DNA from: Chthoniobacteraceae bacterium
GTDB taxonomy: Bacteria; Verrucomicrobiota; Verrucomicrobiia; Chthoniobacterales; Chthoniobacteraceae
Assembly: GCA_031409655.1 (NCBI GenBank)
Contig: JANNXQ010000274.1
Coordinates: 1-50,929, forward strand
Length of the DNA stretch: 50,929 nt
Direction: 5' to 3'
The notes beneath the pieces are model-generated. The model was not told where the DNA came from, made no database searches, and worked only from the letters and a program-made list of their open reading frames with translations. A program made the translations under genes and the position numbers. Positions 35,822-44,630 of this stretch are shown piece by piece (position 1 is the stretch's first letter; the number at the start of each line of letters is the position of its first letter).

Positions 35822-37144
35822 ATGAAGCGCATCCCGATCGCGATCGCCGCCCTGTGTGGCGTCGCGCTCGCGTGCCCGCTCGCCGCGGGGCCGTATTCCG
35901 CGGCGCTCGACGATCCGGCCAGTGCCTTCGATGCGCCCGTCCCCGGCTTCACCGGCCCGGATGGCGAGGGACTCGCGCGGCTGCCCGATGGCAGCGGCGG
36001 ATTCCGCAACGCCCGCAACTCCGTGAATCCGCTCTTCCTGCGCTGGGCGCTCGCCGTGTCGGACTACGTGCGCTCGGATGCGGGCGCGCAGTTCAGCGCG
36101 CCCGCGCTCGCCCTCGGGCCGGTGACGGGCGACAATCTGGACGTGGTCTCGCTCGGCGATCTGAGTGCGGCGCAACTCCTCGCGCTGCTCCCGAAAGGCC
36201 AGCTCACGCTGCACTTCACTACCGCGGAGGCGCCCGAGCCGTTGCGCGATTTGCCGGGCGCGGACTTCGTGGTCTTCGAGAATGCCTTCATCGTGAATGC
36301 TGGCACGGGCGGCATCTTCGGCGATCTCGCCCACGTCGAGGTGTCGTCGGATGGGGTGAATTTTGCGCGCTTTCCGAGCGTCTCGCTCACGGCGATGGCG
36401 ACGGGTCCGTTTGGCACCCTCGATCCCACGAATGTCTTCCACCTCGCCGGCAAGCATCAGAATGCCGGCGGCGAATGTTGGGGCACGCCCTTCGATCTCG
36501 CGCAGCTCGCCACGCATCCGCTGGTCGTCGCCGGACTCGTGGAGCTGAATGCCATCCGCGCCGTGCGGCTCGTGGATATCCCGGGCGACGGCAGCTCGCG
36601 CGATGCCGCCTCGCCCGCCGCGCACCCGATCTACGATGCGTGGCTGACCGCGGGCTCGGGTGGCTTTGATCTCGAAGCGCTCGGCGTCATCTCCGTAGTG
36701 CTCGGCTTTGCTCGTTGGCAGGACGCGCAGGTGCTGACCGGCGCGGACCGCGGCGGGTTCGCCGATCCCGACCGCGATGGCGCCGGGCAGTTGCTCGAGT
36801 ATGCCTTTGCCCTGCGCCCACTGGCCGCGGACGCCGAGCTGCTGCCGCGCGTCACGCTCGACTCCGGGGTGCTCGCGATCTCCTTCCGCCGCGACACTCG
36901 CGCCACCGACCTCACTTACGAAGTGCTCGCCGGGAGCGATCTCCAGCAGTGGGACGTGATCGCGCGCAGCACTGCCGGCGGTCCGCTCACGGCAGTCGCG
37001 CCCTTCACGCCAGTCATCGAAGATCACTCCGAGAGCGCGATCGCCAGCCTCGGCATCATCCGCCGCCATCGCGTGCAGGACATCGTGGCACCCGGCGGCA
37101 TCACGCCGCGTTTTTTGAAAATCCGCATCGTCGCCACACCGTGA
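35822..37144 (+). CDS. Secreted cell-surface protein with putative cobalamin-binding domain and C-terminal domain
   Basis: Signal peptide; VSLGD, DFVVFENAF, VEVSSDG, GTPFDL, VRLVD and GFDLEA motifs; then ADPDRDG...EYAF tail. Confidence 0.7.
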   Translation: MKRIPIAIAALCGVALACPLAAGPYSAALDDPASAFDAPVPGFTGPDGEGLARLPDGSGGFRNARNSVNPLFLRWALAVSDYVRSDAGAQFSAPALALGPVTGDNLDVVSLGDLSAAQLLALLPKGQLTLHFTTAEAPEPLRDLPGADFVVFENAFIVNAGTGGIFGDLAHVEVSSDGVNFARFPSVSLTAMATGPFGTLDPTNVFHLAGKHQNAGGECWGTPFDLAQLATHPLVVAGLVELNAIRAVRLVDIPGDGSSRDAASPAAHPIYDAWLTAGSGGFDLEALGVISVVLGFARWQDAQVLTGADRGGFADPDRDGAGQLLEYAFALRPLAADAELLPRVTLDSGVLAISFRRDTRATDLTYEVLAGSDLQQWDVIARSTAGGPLTAVAPFTPVIEDHSESAIASLGIIRRHRVQDIVAPGGITPRFLKIRIVATP

Positions 37145-37160
37145 TGAGCGCGATGATCGC

Positions 37161-38714
37161 GTGCTTCTTTCTCCAATCCACAATCCATCCCGCATCGTGA
37201 ACTCGCCTCTTGGAATCCAGACCTTTCGCCGCTGGATGCTCGTCCTGCTCGCGCTGATTTTCTCCACGCGCGTCCACGCTGATCCCATCAACTGGACCAG
37301 CGAGCCGGTGAACTCCTGGCAGACGAGCGGCGGATTCAGCATCGTCTTTGCGCATCTCCCGGAGGGACGCTTTGTGCTCGGTCAGCAGGGGAAGGTTTTC
37401 GTCCAACCCACCTTCGGCCTCGCGACCATCACGGAGGTCGCAGCCAACGGCCGCACCTTCGATCCGTCCTTCATCGCCGTCCGCAGTGCGACCAGTGCGC
37501 TGCTCGGTGCGGGCGGAAACTTCGGCGCGATCAGCGGCCTGCATCCCTTTAATCCCTCAGCGCCCGTCACCGGCGTCGCGCCAGCGTATGCGAGCACCGC
37601 GCAGAACTACGTGGGAATCTATTGGAAGTCGCCCACCTCGGCGCTGGAAGGCTGGCTCATCGGCGGCGCGAACGGCCCGAGCGGTCCCTTCCTCGGGCAT
37701 AACGTCGTCTTCGTGAACTCGACGACCATCGGCGCGAATGCTCCCGGCTCCATCCGCGGCGCGGTCACCCAGGAGCTGAGCAGCTATGCCGCGGGCATCG
37801 CGGTGGACGCGGGCGGAAATCTCTACACCGCGCTCTACGAACTCGAGGGCACCGACGAAGAATCCGAATCCGACAAGGTGCTGCGCTTTTCCGCCGCCCA
37901 GATCGAGACGGCGATCCAGGCCGTGATCAATGGCTCGCCGGCTCCGCTGGCGCGCGGTGCGAGTGCGTTTGTTCACAAGTTCGACAGCGCTTCCTCCATC
38001 GCCGTGGACGGCCTGGGCCGCGTCTGGTCCGCTGGGTTCAAAGTGGAGCGCCTGCAAGTCTTCGACCCTGCGACGGGCCGCGTGCGCACGCTCGAGCCCG
38101 TGCATGCACCCATCCTTGGCGCCAGCACGCGCGGCTATCAGGTGAGCACCTTCACGCGCAGCGGCACGCCCTACCTCGGCTTTCTCGCCTACGACCTCTA
38201 TGGCACACCCAGCACGCCAGTCATCATCGGGAATGCGCCCGCTGTGGACGTTTCCATGCCGAGCGGGACTACTTTCGCAACGTGGCGCGCGGCGAATTTC
38301 GGGGCCGCCGCGCTCAGCCTCGCATCGGAATCCACGCTCTGGGGCGCGACCGCCGATCCCGATCGCGATGGCCTGCCAAACGTCACCGAGTATGCGCTGA
38401 ACACCCCGCCGCTCACCCCGAATGGCCCGTCGCCAATCACGATCGCGAAAAGCGGCGCGCTGCTCACCTGCTCTTTCCCGCGCCATCCGCTCATCACCGA
38501 TCTCACCTACACCGTGGAAGTCTCCAGCACGCTCGCGACGAATGGCTGGACGGCGATCGCGACGAGCATCGGCGGCGCGGCCACCGTCGCCACTGGAGCC
38601 TCGGCAGTGAGTGAAATAGTGGAAGGCGTGATGAAGCGGGTCACCGTCACCGATCAGGCATTGGCCGCGGGCGCGGCGAAAAGGATCATGCGCCTGCGGA
38701 TCAGCTCTCCCTGA
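37161..38714 (+). CDS. Secreted beta-propeller-like protein with C-terminal domain (start uncertain: 37161, 37197 or 37236)
   Basis: Signal peptide ending VHA; GIAVDAGGNLY and SIAVDGLGRVW NHL-like blades; ADPDRDGLPNVTEYA tail. Confidence 0.65.
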   Translation: MLLSPIHNPSRIVNSPLGIQTFRRWMLVLLALIFSTRVHADPINWTSEPVNSWQTSGGFSIVFAHLPEGRFVLGQQGKVFVQPTFGLATITEVAANGRTFDPSFIAVRSATSALLGAGGNFGAISGLHPFNPSAPVTGVAPAYASTAQNYVGIYWKSPTSALEGWLIGGANGPSGPFLGHNVVFVNSTTIGANAPGSIRGAVTQELSSYAAGIAVDAGGNLYTALYELEGTDEESESDKVLRFSAAQIETAIQAVINGSPAPLARGASAFVHKFDSASSIAVDGLGRVWSAGFKVERLQVFDPATGRVRTLEPVHAPILGASTRGYQVSTFTRSGTPYLGFLAYDLYGTPSTPVIIGNAPAVDVSMPSGTTFATWRAANFGAAALSLASESTLWGATADPDRDGLPNVTEYALNTPPLTPNGPSPITIAKSGALLTCSFPRHPLITDLTYTVEVSSTLATNGWTAIATSIGGAATVATGASAVSEIVEGVMKRVTVTDQALAAGAAKRIMRLRISSP

Positions 38715-38716
38715 GG

Positions 38717-41170
38717 ATGCGCGCGTTTCTTCAGCAACGTGGACTGCTGCTCGCGCTCCTCGCCGTGGGCGCGGTGGCCATCGGGCTCACGCTTTCCGTG
38801 TCCTACCGCACGCCTCCCGACCTGATGCCTGCGGATGAAATCGCGCTCGGACCTGCTCCCGGCTCCGAGCCGGAAGACGCGACATTCAGCGCAGACATCT
38901 CGATCCCTTCTCCTGAGCCGGAGCGCCTCGTCACCACCGACGAACGCACCACGCGCACGACGCTCCTGCCCAAAGGGATCACCAGCATCGACGGTGAAGG
39001 TGGGCACGGGGTGCATCGCGCGGTCTTGAAAAACGGTGTGTGGTTTCCCGTCTTCTCGCCGGGCAAGACCCTGCGACCAGACGGCACTGCGGATCTGTCT
39101 CCCGTGGCCGCCGTGCCGCTCTCGATCACCTCGGGCACGCCGCCGCCGGGGCGAGTCGGTCGGCCCTTTGCCTTCGGTTTCGAGGTCATCGGCGGAGTGT
39201 CCCCGTATCAGTGGGCGTTCCGGCTGGGCGCAGCGTCCGCCGCGTTCGCGATGGATTCGACGTCCGGAATTTTCTCCGGCTCATTGGCGGCGCCGCTCAC
39301 GACCACGTTGGAAGTCTTCGTCTCCGATGCGGACGGCACCGTGGACTCCGCGCGCTACCCGCTGGCCATTCTGGAAGAGAGCGCTCTCGCCATCGCCACC
39401 GCCACGCTTCCCGACGCCGAGATGGACGCCGCATACACCACCCGGCTCGAAGCCACCGGCGGCACTCCGCCTTATGCCTGGACGGTGCTCGGCGCCGAGC
39501 CCGCCGGAGTAGCCTTGACGCCAAACACTGGCGAACTCACCGGTACTCCGGCGACCGCCGGCACGTTCACTTTGGAAGTCGGCGTCACCGACCAAGCCCA
39601 GACCACCAGCACGAAGACCCTCATCCTCACCGTCACTGGCTCCGGTCCGCAGATCGTGACCACTGAACTCCCGGAGGCAACGGTCGATACGACTTACTCG
39701 GCGCAAGTTACCGGTGAAGGAGGCACCGCACCTTACACTTGGAAGATCGCGCAAGAGTTGGACGAGGGTTTGTCCTTTGACGCCGCCACCGGCACCTTAT
39801 CCGGCACGCCCGTCGGCGCGGGTGAATTCACCGTCGAGATTCAACTTACCGACGCCCTCGGCGTGACGACGACCAAGCGTCTCCCACTGACCATCGTCAA
39901 TGGCCTGGACATCACCACGCCCGCGCCGCTCTTCCCCGGCTCACCCGGCGTTCCTTACCAGATCGCCTTTACCGCGACCGGCGGCGAAGCGCCCTATCAA
40001 TGGACGGTCACGGACGGCACCCTGCCCGTCGATAACTCCGGCCGCGAGTGGACGCTTTCCGCAGAAGGCGTGCTCTCCGGAGTCGCTGGACCGAGTGAGA
40101 GCGTCTTCCGTTTCGCCCTCGAGGTGCGTGATGCCGCGGACCGATCCTTCACGAAGACTTACGAGATCCCGGTGCGTCAGGGATTGATCGCCATCGCCAG
40201 TCGCGAAAAGATCGGGCTCGCGTGGCAACCGGAGCAGATCGACCGCACCCTGCGCGCCACCGGCACGGCCCTCACGGGCCTCGCCATCGTCCGCAGCACG
40301 GTCGGCTTTCCCCAGACTCCAGCGGAAGGTGTGTTGGTCTATCAAGGAGCGGGCACCAACCTCGTGGACCGTAACCTGCCCACCGGCGGCACTTACTTCT
40401 ACACGCTCTTCGTGCAGACCGCCGCCGGGAACGTGCGAGCCTTTGCCAGCGCTGCCGTCGCCATCCAACCCATGACGCGCCAGCGCGCTGAACCCGGAGT
40501 CTCCGGCGATCCTTTTGCCGATCGCGTCACCGTCTTCTTGCCGCTCACCGCCGGTGGCTTCGGCGCGAGCTTCGTCCCCGCAAACGTCACTGGCCCCCCG
40601 GATGGCAAAGGCACCTTCGCCCCCGCCTCCCAGCCCACGGAACTCGCTTCCCTCCATGCGCGGCTTGGTTCCGGCGGCTCCGTCGTGGTCGAATTCACCG
40701 ACAACATCGTCGAACTCGGCGCCGGCATGGACTTCACGGTATTTGAAAATGTCTTCTTTGTCGGCGGCAAGGCTACGGTGCGCTTCATGGAGCCCGCCAT
40801 CGTCTGGGTTGCGTTATTCGACGGACAATGGTTCCGCTTTCCCATCGACGTAGTCCCGCCCGCCGCCGGAGCACCGCTGAATCTGCGCGACCCGTTCTAT
40901 TACAACAAAGGCTTCGCCGGTCGCAACGGCACCACCGGCAGCGACCCGACCAATCCCACCGCCAGCGGCGGCGACAGCTTCGACGTGGATGAAATGGCCG
41001 TTCCCGGACTGAACTGGATTCGCTTCATCAAATTCCAATCCACCGGCGACAACGCGCTCACCGACGACTTCGGAGCCGACCCCGTGCGCCACACCGGGGA
41101 ATCCAACGCGCTCAGTGGCATCGGCAGTTCCGGCTTCGACCTCGATGCCGTCAGCGCAGTGAACTACTGA
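38717..41170 (+). CDS. N-terminally anchored protein with four putative-Ig (He_PIG-like) repeats and a C-terminal domain related to 35822-37144
   Basis: TM segment; four GG..PY.W...G.L.G repeats; DFTVFENVF, GGDSFDV, IRFIK and GFDLDAV motifs. Confidence 0.75.
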   Translation: MRAFLQQRGLLLALLAVGAVAIGLTLSVSYRTPPDLMPADEIALGPAPGSEPEDATFSADISIPSPEPERLVTTDERTTRTTLLPKGITSIDGEGGHGVHRAVLKNGVWFPVFSPGKTLRPDGTADLSPVAAVPLSITSGTPPPGRVGRPFAFGFEVIGGVSPYQWAFRLGAASAAFAMDSTSGIFSGSLAAPLTTTLEVFVSDADGTVDSARYPLAILEESALAIATATLPDAEMDAAYTTRLEATGGTPPYAWTVLGAEPAGVALTPNTGELTGTPATAGTFTLEVGVTDQAQTTSTKTLILTVTGSGPQIVTTELPEATVDTTYSAQVTGEGGTAPYTWKIAQELDEGLSFDAATGTLSGTPVGAGEFTVEIQLTDALGVTTTKRLPLTIVNGLDITTPAPLFPGSPGVPYQIAFTATGGEAPYQWTVTDGTLPVDNSGREWTLSAEGVLSGVAGPSESVFRFALEVRDAADRSFTKTYEIPVRQGLIAIASREKIGLAWQPEQIDRTLRATGTALTGLAIVRSTVGFPQTPAEGVLVYQGAGTNLVDRNLPTGGTYFYTLFVQTAAGNVRAFASAAVAIQPMTRQRAEPGVSGDPFADRVTVFLPLTAGGFGASFVPANVTGPPDGKGTFAPASQPTELASLHARLGSGGSVVVEFTDNIVELGAGMDFTVFENVFFVGGKATVRFMEPAIVWVALFDGQWFRFPIDVVPPAAGAPLNLRDPFYYNKGFAGRNGTTGSDPTNPTASGGDSFDVDEMAVPGLNWIRFIKFQSTGDNALTDDFGADPVRHTGESNALSGIGSSGFDLDAVSAVNY

Positions 41171-41260
41171 GGTGCGGGCGGGAAGCGGGTGACGAAAAAT
41201 CTGAGGATCCTCGCGGCGAACTCGCAGTGACTTTGCCATCGCGGCGGGCAAGCTGTGGGC

Positions 41261-41824
41261 ATGAATCCCAAAGTCCTGATCATCGTCGGCGACGCCACGG
41301 AAACCGTGGACACGCTTTATCCCTACTACCGCCTCATCGAAGGCGGCTATCAGCCCGTAGTCGCTGCGCCGGAGAAGCGCAAATACCAGATGGTGCTCCA
41401 CGAAGTGAAACCCGGCTGGACCATCACCAAGGAATGGGAGGGCTACACGATTGATGCGGACATCGCGTTCAAGGACATCAAGCCCGAGGAATACGCGGGC
41501 ATCCTTTTCAGCGGCGGCCGCGCGCCGGAGTACCTCCGCGAAGATGAGGCGCTGTTGCGGACCACGCGGTGGTATTGGGAAAACAAAATGCCGATGGCCA
41601 GCGTCTGTCACGGCGTGGAGATCCCGGCCCGCGCGGGCATCGTGAAAGGGCTGCGCATGGCCACGGTGGCGAAGTGCAAATTTGACCTCGAGATCTGTGG
41701 CGGCATCTACGTCAACGAGCCGTGCGTGATCGATCGGCACATGGTCAGCGGTCGCACTTACCACGACAGCGGGCACTTCATCGGGCCGTGGATCAAAATG
41801 CTCGATGCCGCGTGCGGAAAGTAG
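41261..41824 (+). CDS. DJ-1/PfpI family protein
   Basis: KVLIIVGDATE, SGGRAPEYLR and the nucleophile motif SVCHG. Confidence 0.9.
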   Translation: MNPKVLIIVGDATETVDTLYPYYRLIEGGYQPVVAAPEKRKYQMVLHEVKPGWTITKEWEGYTIDADIAFKDIKPEEYAGILFSGGRAPEYLREDEALLRTTRWYWENKMPMASVCHGVEIPARAGIVKGLRMATVAKCKFDLEICGGIYVNEPCVIDRHMVSGRTYHDSGHFIGPWIKMLDAACGK

Positions 41825-41858
41825 GCGTGGCATGTTTAACCCAACTCTCACGCGCAAC

Positions 41859-42767
41859 ATGAACCGCAGATCATTCCTTCACACTCTTGCAGCCGCAGCG
41901 GTTGCTCCCGCATTCGCAGCGCCCGAGCCTTTCAAGCTCCGCTACATCCTCTCCTCCGCGATGTATGGCGAGATGCCGCTCGATGTCATCCTGCCGGAAA
42001 TCGCCAAGACTGGCTGCGAGGCAATCGACATCTGGTGCAAGGTGCATGGCAACCAGCGCGAACAAATCACCGAGATGGGCGACGCCGCATTTGCCGCGCT
42101 GCTGAAAAGGCACGGCGTGCAGCTCGGCGTGAGCACGCGGTATCCGCTGGGGCCATTCGGACTTGCGGATGAAATGGTGTGGGTGAAAAAGTTCGGCGGA
42201 AAAGTCGTGGTCTGCGGCAGCAAGGGACCGAAGGAACCGGGAGGCGCGGAAGCAAAGACCGCAGTGCAGAAGTTTCTCGAGGAAATGAAGCCGCACGTCG
42301 CAAAGGCGGAGGAACTCGGAGTAACCATCGCGATCGAAAATCACGACAAGCAGGTGATCTATCATCCCGACTCGCTGCGTTACTTCGCCGAGCTCAACAA
42401 ATCCCCAAACCTTGGTGTCGCCTTTGCCCCACATCATCTCTCGCGCTGGGTGGACCAGATCCCAGCGCTGCTTCGTGACCTCGGCGCCAGGCAGATTCCA
42501 TTCATGTACTTTCAGGAGCATTCCGCTGGCATCCGCGAGAAGGTCTCCAAATCGATTGAGATGCAGCAGATGCCTGGCTTTGGCGGCGGCTTCGACTATC
42601 GGCCGATCGTCAAGGCGCTGCGCGACATCGGCTACACAGGCTACGTGGAAATCTTCATGCACCCGACCCCACGCGGCATCCCAATCCTGCCGACCGTCCC
42701 GGAGATCACCGCGGCGATCAACAAGTCGCGCGCCTACGTGGAGAAGTGTTTGAAGGAAACGGCATGA
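41859..42767 (+). CDS. Sugar-phosphate isomerase/epimerase (xylose isomerase-like TIM barrel) with Tat-like leader
   Basis: MNRRSFL leader, IAIENH, and L..IGY.G.VEI motif. Confidence 0.82.
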   Translation: MNRRSFLHTLAAAAVAPAFAAPEPFKLRYILSSAMYGEMPLDVILPEIAKTGCEAIDIWCKVHGNQREQITEMGDAAFAALLKRHGVQLGVSTRYPLGPFGLADEMVWVKKFGGKVVVCGSKGPKEPGGAEAKTAVQKFLEEMKPHVAKAEELGVTIAIENHDKQVIYHPDSLRYFAELNKSPNLGVAFAPHHLSRWVDQIPALLRDLGARQIPFMYFQEHSAGIREKVSKSIEMQQMPGFGGGFDYRPIVKALRDIGYTGYVEIFMHPTPRGIPILPTVPEITAAINKSRAYVEKCLKETA

Positions 42768-43089
42768 GGTCTCGGAACACGCGAAAGCTTATCCTCCTCA
42801 CCGCCCTGTTGCTCGCACTGCTTGGCATTGAATCGTTCCCATTCATCAAGATGCCACGGTCCAAAATCTTTCCGCCATCCGAGCAATGAAACCCAAACGC
42901 CCCGCCCGGAACGAAGCCCCCCAACGAGTGCCGCGTCGATTCGGCAGCCTGCTCCGCGATCTAGAAAAGCACACGCAACTCGATACGGTCTGCAAAACCG
43001 AGTTGCTTGGCCTTGATGGCACCAAGGATATCGCGCTCGCAGGGAAACAGCTCCAAGATGCGCCAAAGCGAAGTCCACAATCTAAGTGA
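42764..43089 (+). pseudogene. Gene relics: 41-aa signal-peptide ORF (42764-42889) and 67-aa fragment (42886-43089)
   Basis: MRSRNTRKLILLTALLLALL leader ends early; ATGA/GTGA overlaps with neighbours. Confidence 0.5.
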
Positions 43090-44630
43090 AACACACCATC
43101 CTCCTCCTCACTGGCTTACTGATTTCAGCGATTTCAGAGTTGTCAGCGGCCAATCTTAACTTAGCGGGCACTTTCACCGATCATGCGGTTTTGCAGCGTG
43201 ACGCGTTTGCGCCGGTCTGGGGTTGGGCTGATCCGAATGAACAAGTCACCGTAGCGTTCGCAGGCCAGAGCAAATCGGCGACGGCAGACGCCGCTGGCAA
43301 GTGGATGGTGAAACTCGATCCCATGCCCGCCTCCGCTGTGGGTCGTGATCTCGTCGTTCAGTCCAGCATCAAAAATCGACAATCAAAGATCACCGATGTC
43401 TTAGTGGGTGATGTTTGGCTCTGCTCCGGTCAGTCGAACATGCACTTCCGGATGAAGACCGTCGAAAATGCCGCCTAGGAAATCGCGGCGGCGGAGCATC
43501 CGCATCTGCGCTTCTTCACGGTGGACCATCAGTTTGACCAGAAGGTATGCGAGAACGTTACAGGCGCTTGGATGTCAGCAGCACCCGCGACGGTCGCCGG
43601 GTGCTCGGCAGTGGCCTATTACTTCGGCAGAGACCTCGTGCAGAAACTCGGCGTGCCGGTGGGATTGCTCGTCAGCTCGGTCGGCGGCACCCGGATTGAG
43701 TCGTGGATGCGCGCTGAGACTCTTGCGGCGACGGGTGAGTCGGGTGCTCTGATCGAAAAGTGGGCACACGTGTCACCCGACGAGTTTCAGAACATCGCCA
43801 CGACTTACCGCGAATTTCAGCATCAGCGTGATGAGGTCCACCCGCAGGCCGTCAAAGCGGCCAAAGCACAAGGTGCTCCCTTGCCGCCCGAACCCAAAAT
43901 GCCCAAGCAGCGTTGCCATGATTGTCCCAGCGCCTTGCACAACGGCATGATCGCACCGCTGGAACGGTTCGCGATTCGCGGTGCCATTTGGTATCAAGGT
44001 GAATCGAATTCCTCCCAGGCTGCCGCCTATGAGAAGCTGCTCCCAGCGATGATCGCGGATTGGCGGCGGGTGTGGGGGCTTGAGTTGCCCTTCCTGTTTG
44101 TCCAACTGGCGCCCTATCGGGATACGCATCCAGCCTTTCGCGAAGCGCAGTATCGCATCTGGCACGCGACTCCGCACACCGCGATGGTCGTCACTACGGA
44201 CGTGGGGAACGCACAGAACATCCATCCGACCCGCAAGCAACCGGTGGGAGCGCGCCTGGCCTTGGCCGCCCGCGCTCTGAGCTATGGCGAGCGGATCGAA
44301 TATTCCGGTCCTGTCTTTGACAGCCTGAGAGTCGAGGGCAACCGCGCCGTGATTTCGTTCACTCACCTGGGCGAAGGGTTAGTGGCGCAGGGCGATTCGC
44401 TGAAGGGCTTCACCATGGCGGGCGCGGATGGGAAATTCATTCCAGCCCGCGCCGTGATTGAGGGGTCCACGGTGGTCGTCACTTCCGAGAAGATCACCAA
44501 AGCTGCCGCCGTCCGCTATGGCTGGGCCATGGTTCCTGACGGGAATTTATTCAATCGCGAAGGACTGCCCGCCGTGCCATTCCGCACCGATTCTCCCGCA
44601 AATCTGCTTCGTTCTAAGAAATCAAAATGA
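43086..44630 (+). pseudogene. Sialate O-acetylesterase (SASA) family gene interrupted by an in-frame TAG
   Basis: GDVWLCSGQSNM, GGTRIESW, IRGAIWYQGESN and IHP..K motifs; both ORFs are in one frame with TAG at 43476-43478. Confidence 0.85.

Noticed and set aside
43476..43478. Pyrrolysine or recoded TAG
   Set aside because: No pyl genes in view, and TAG is an ordinary stop for several genes in this window
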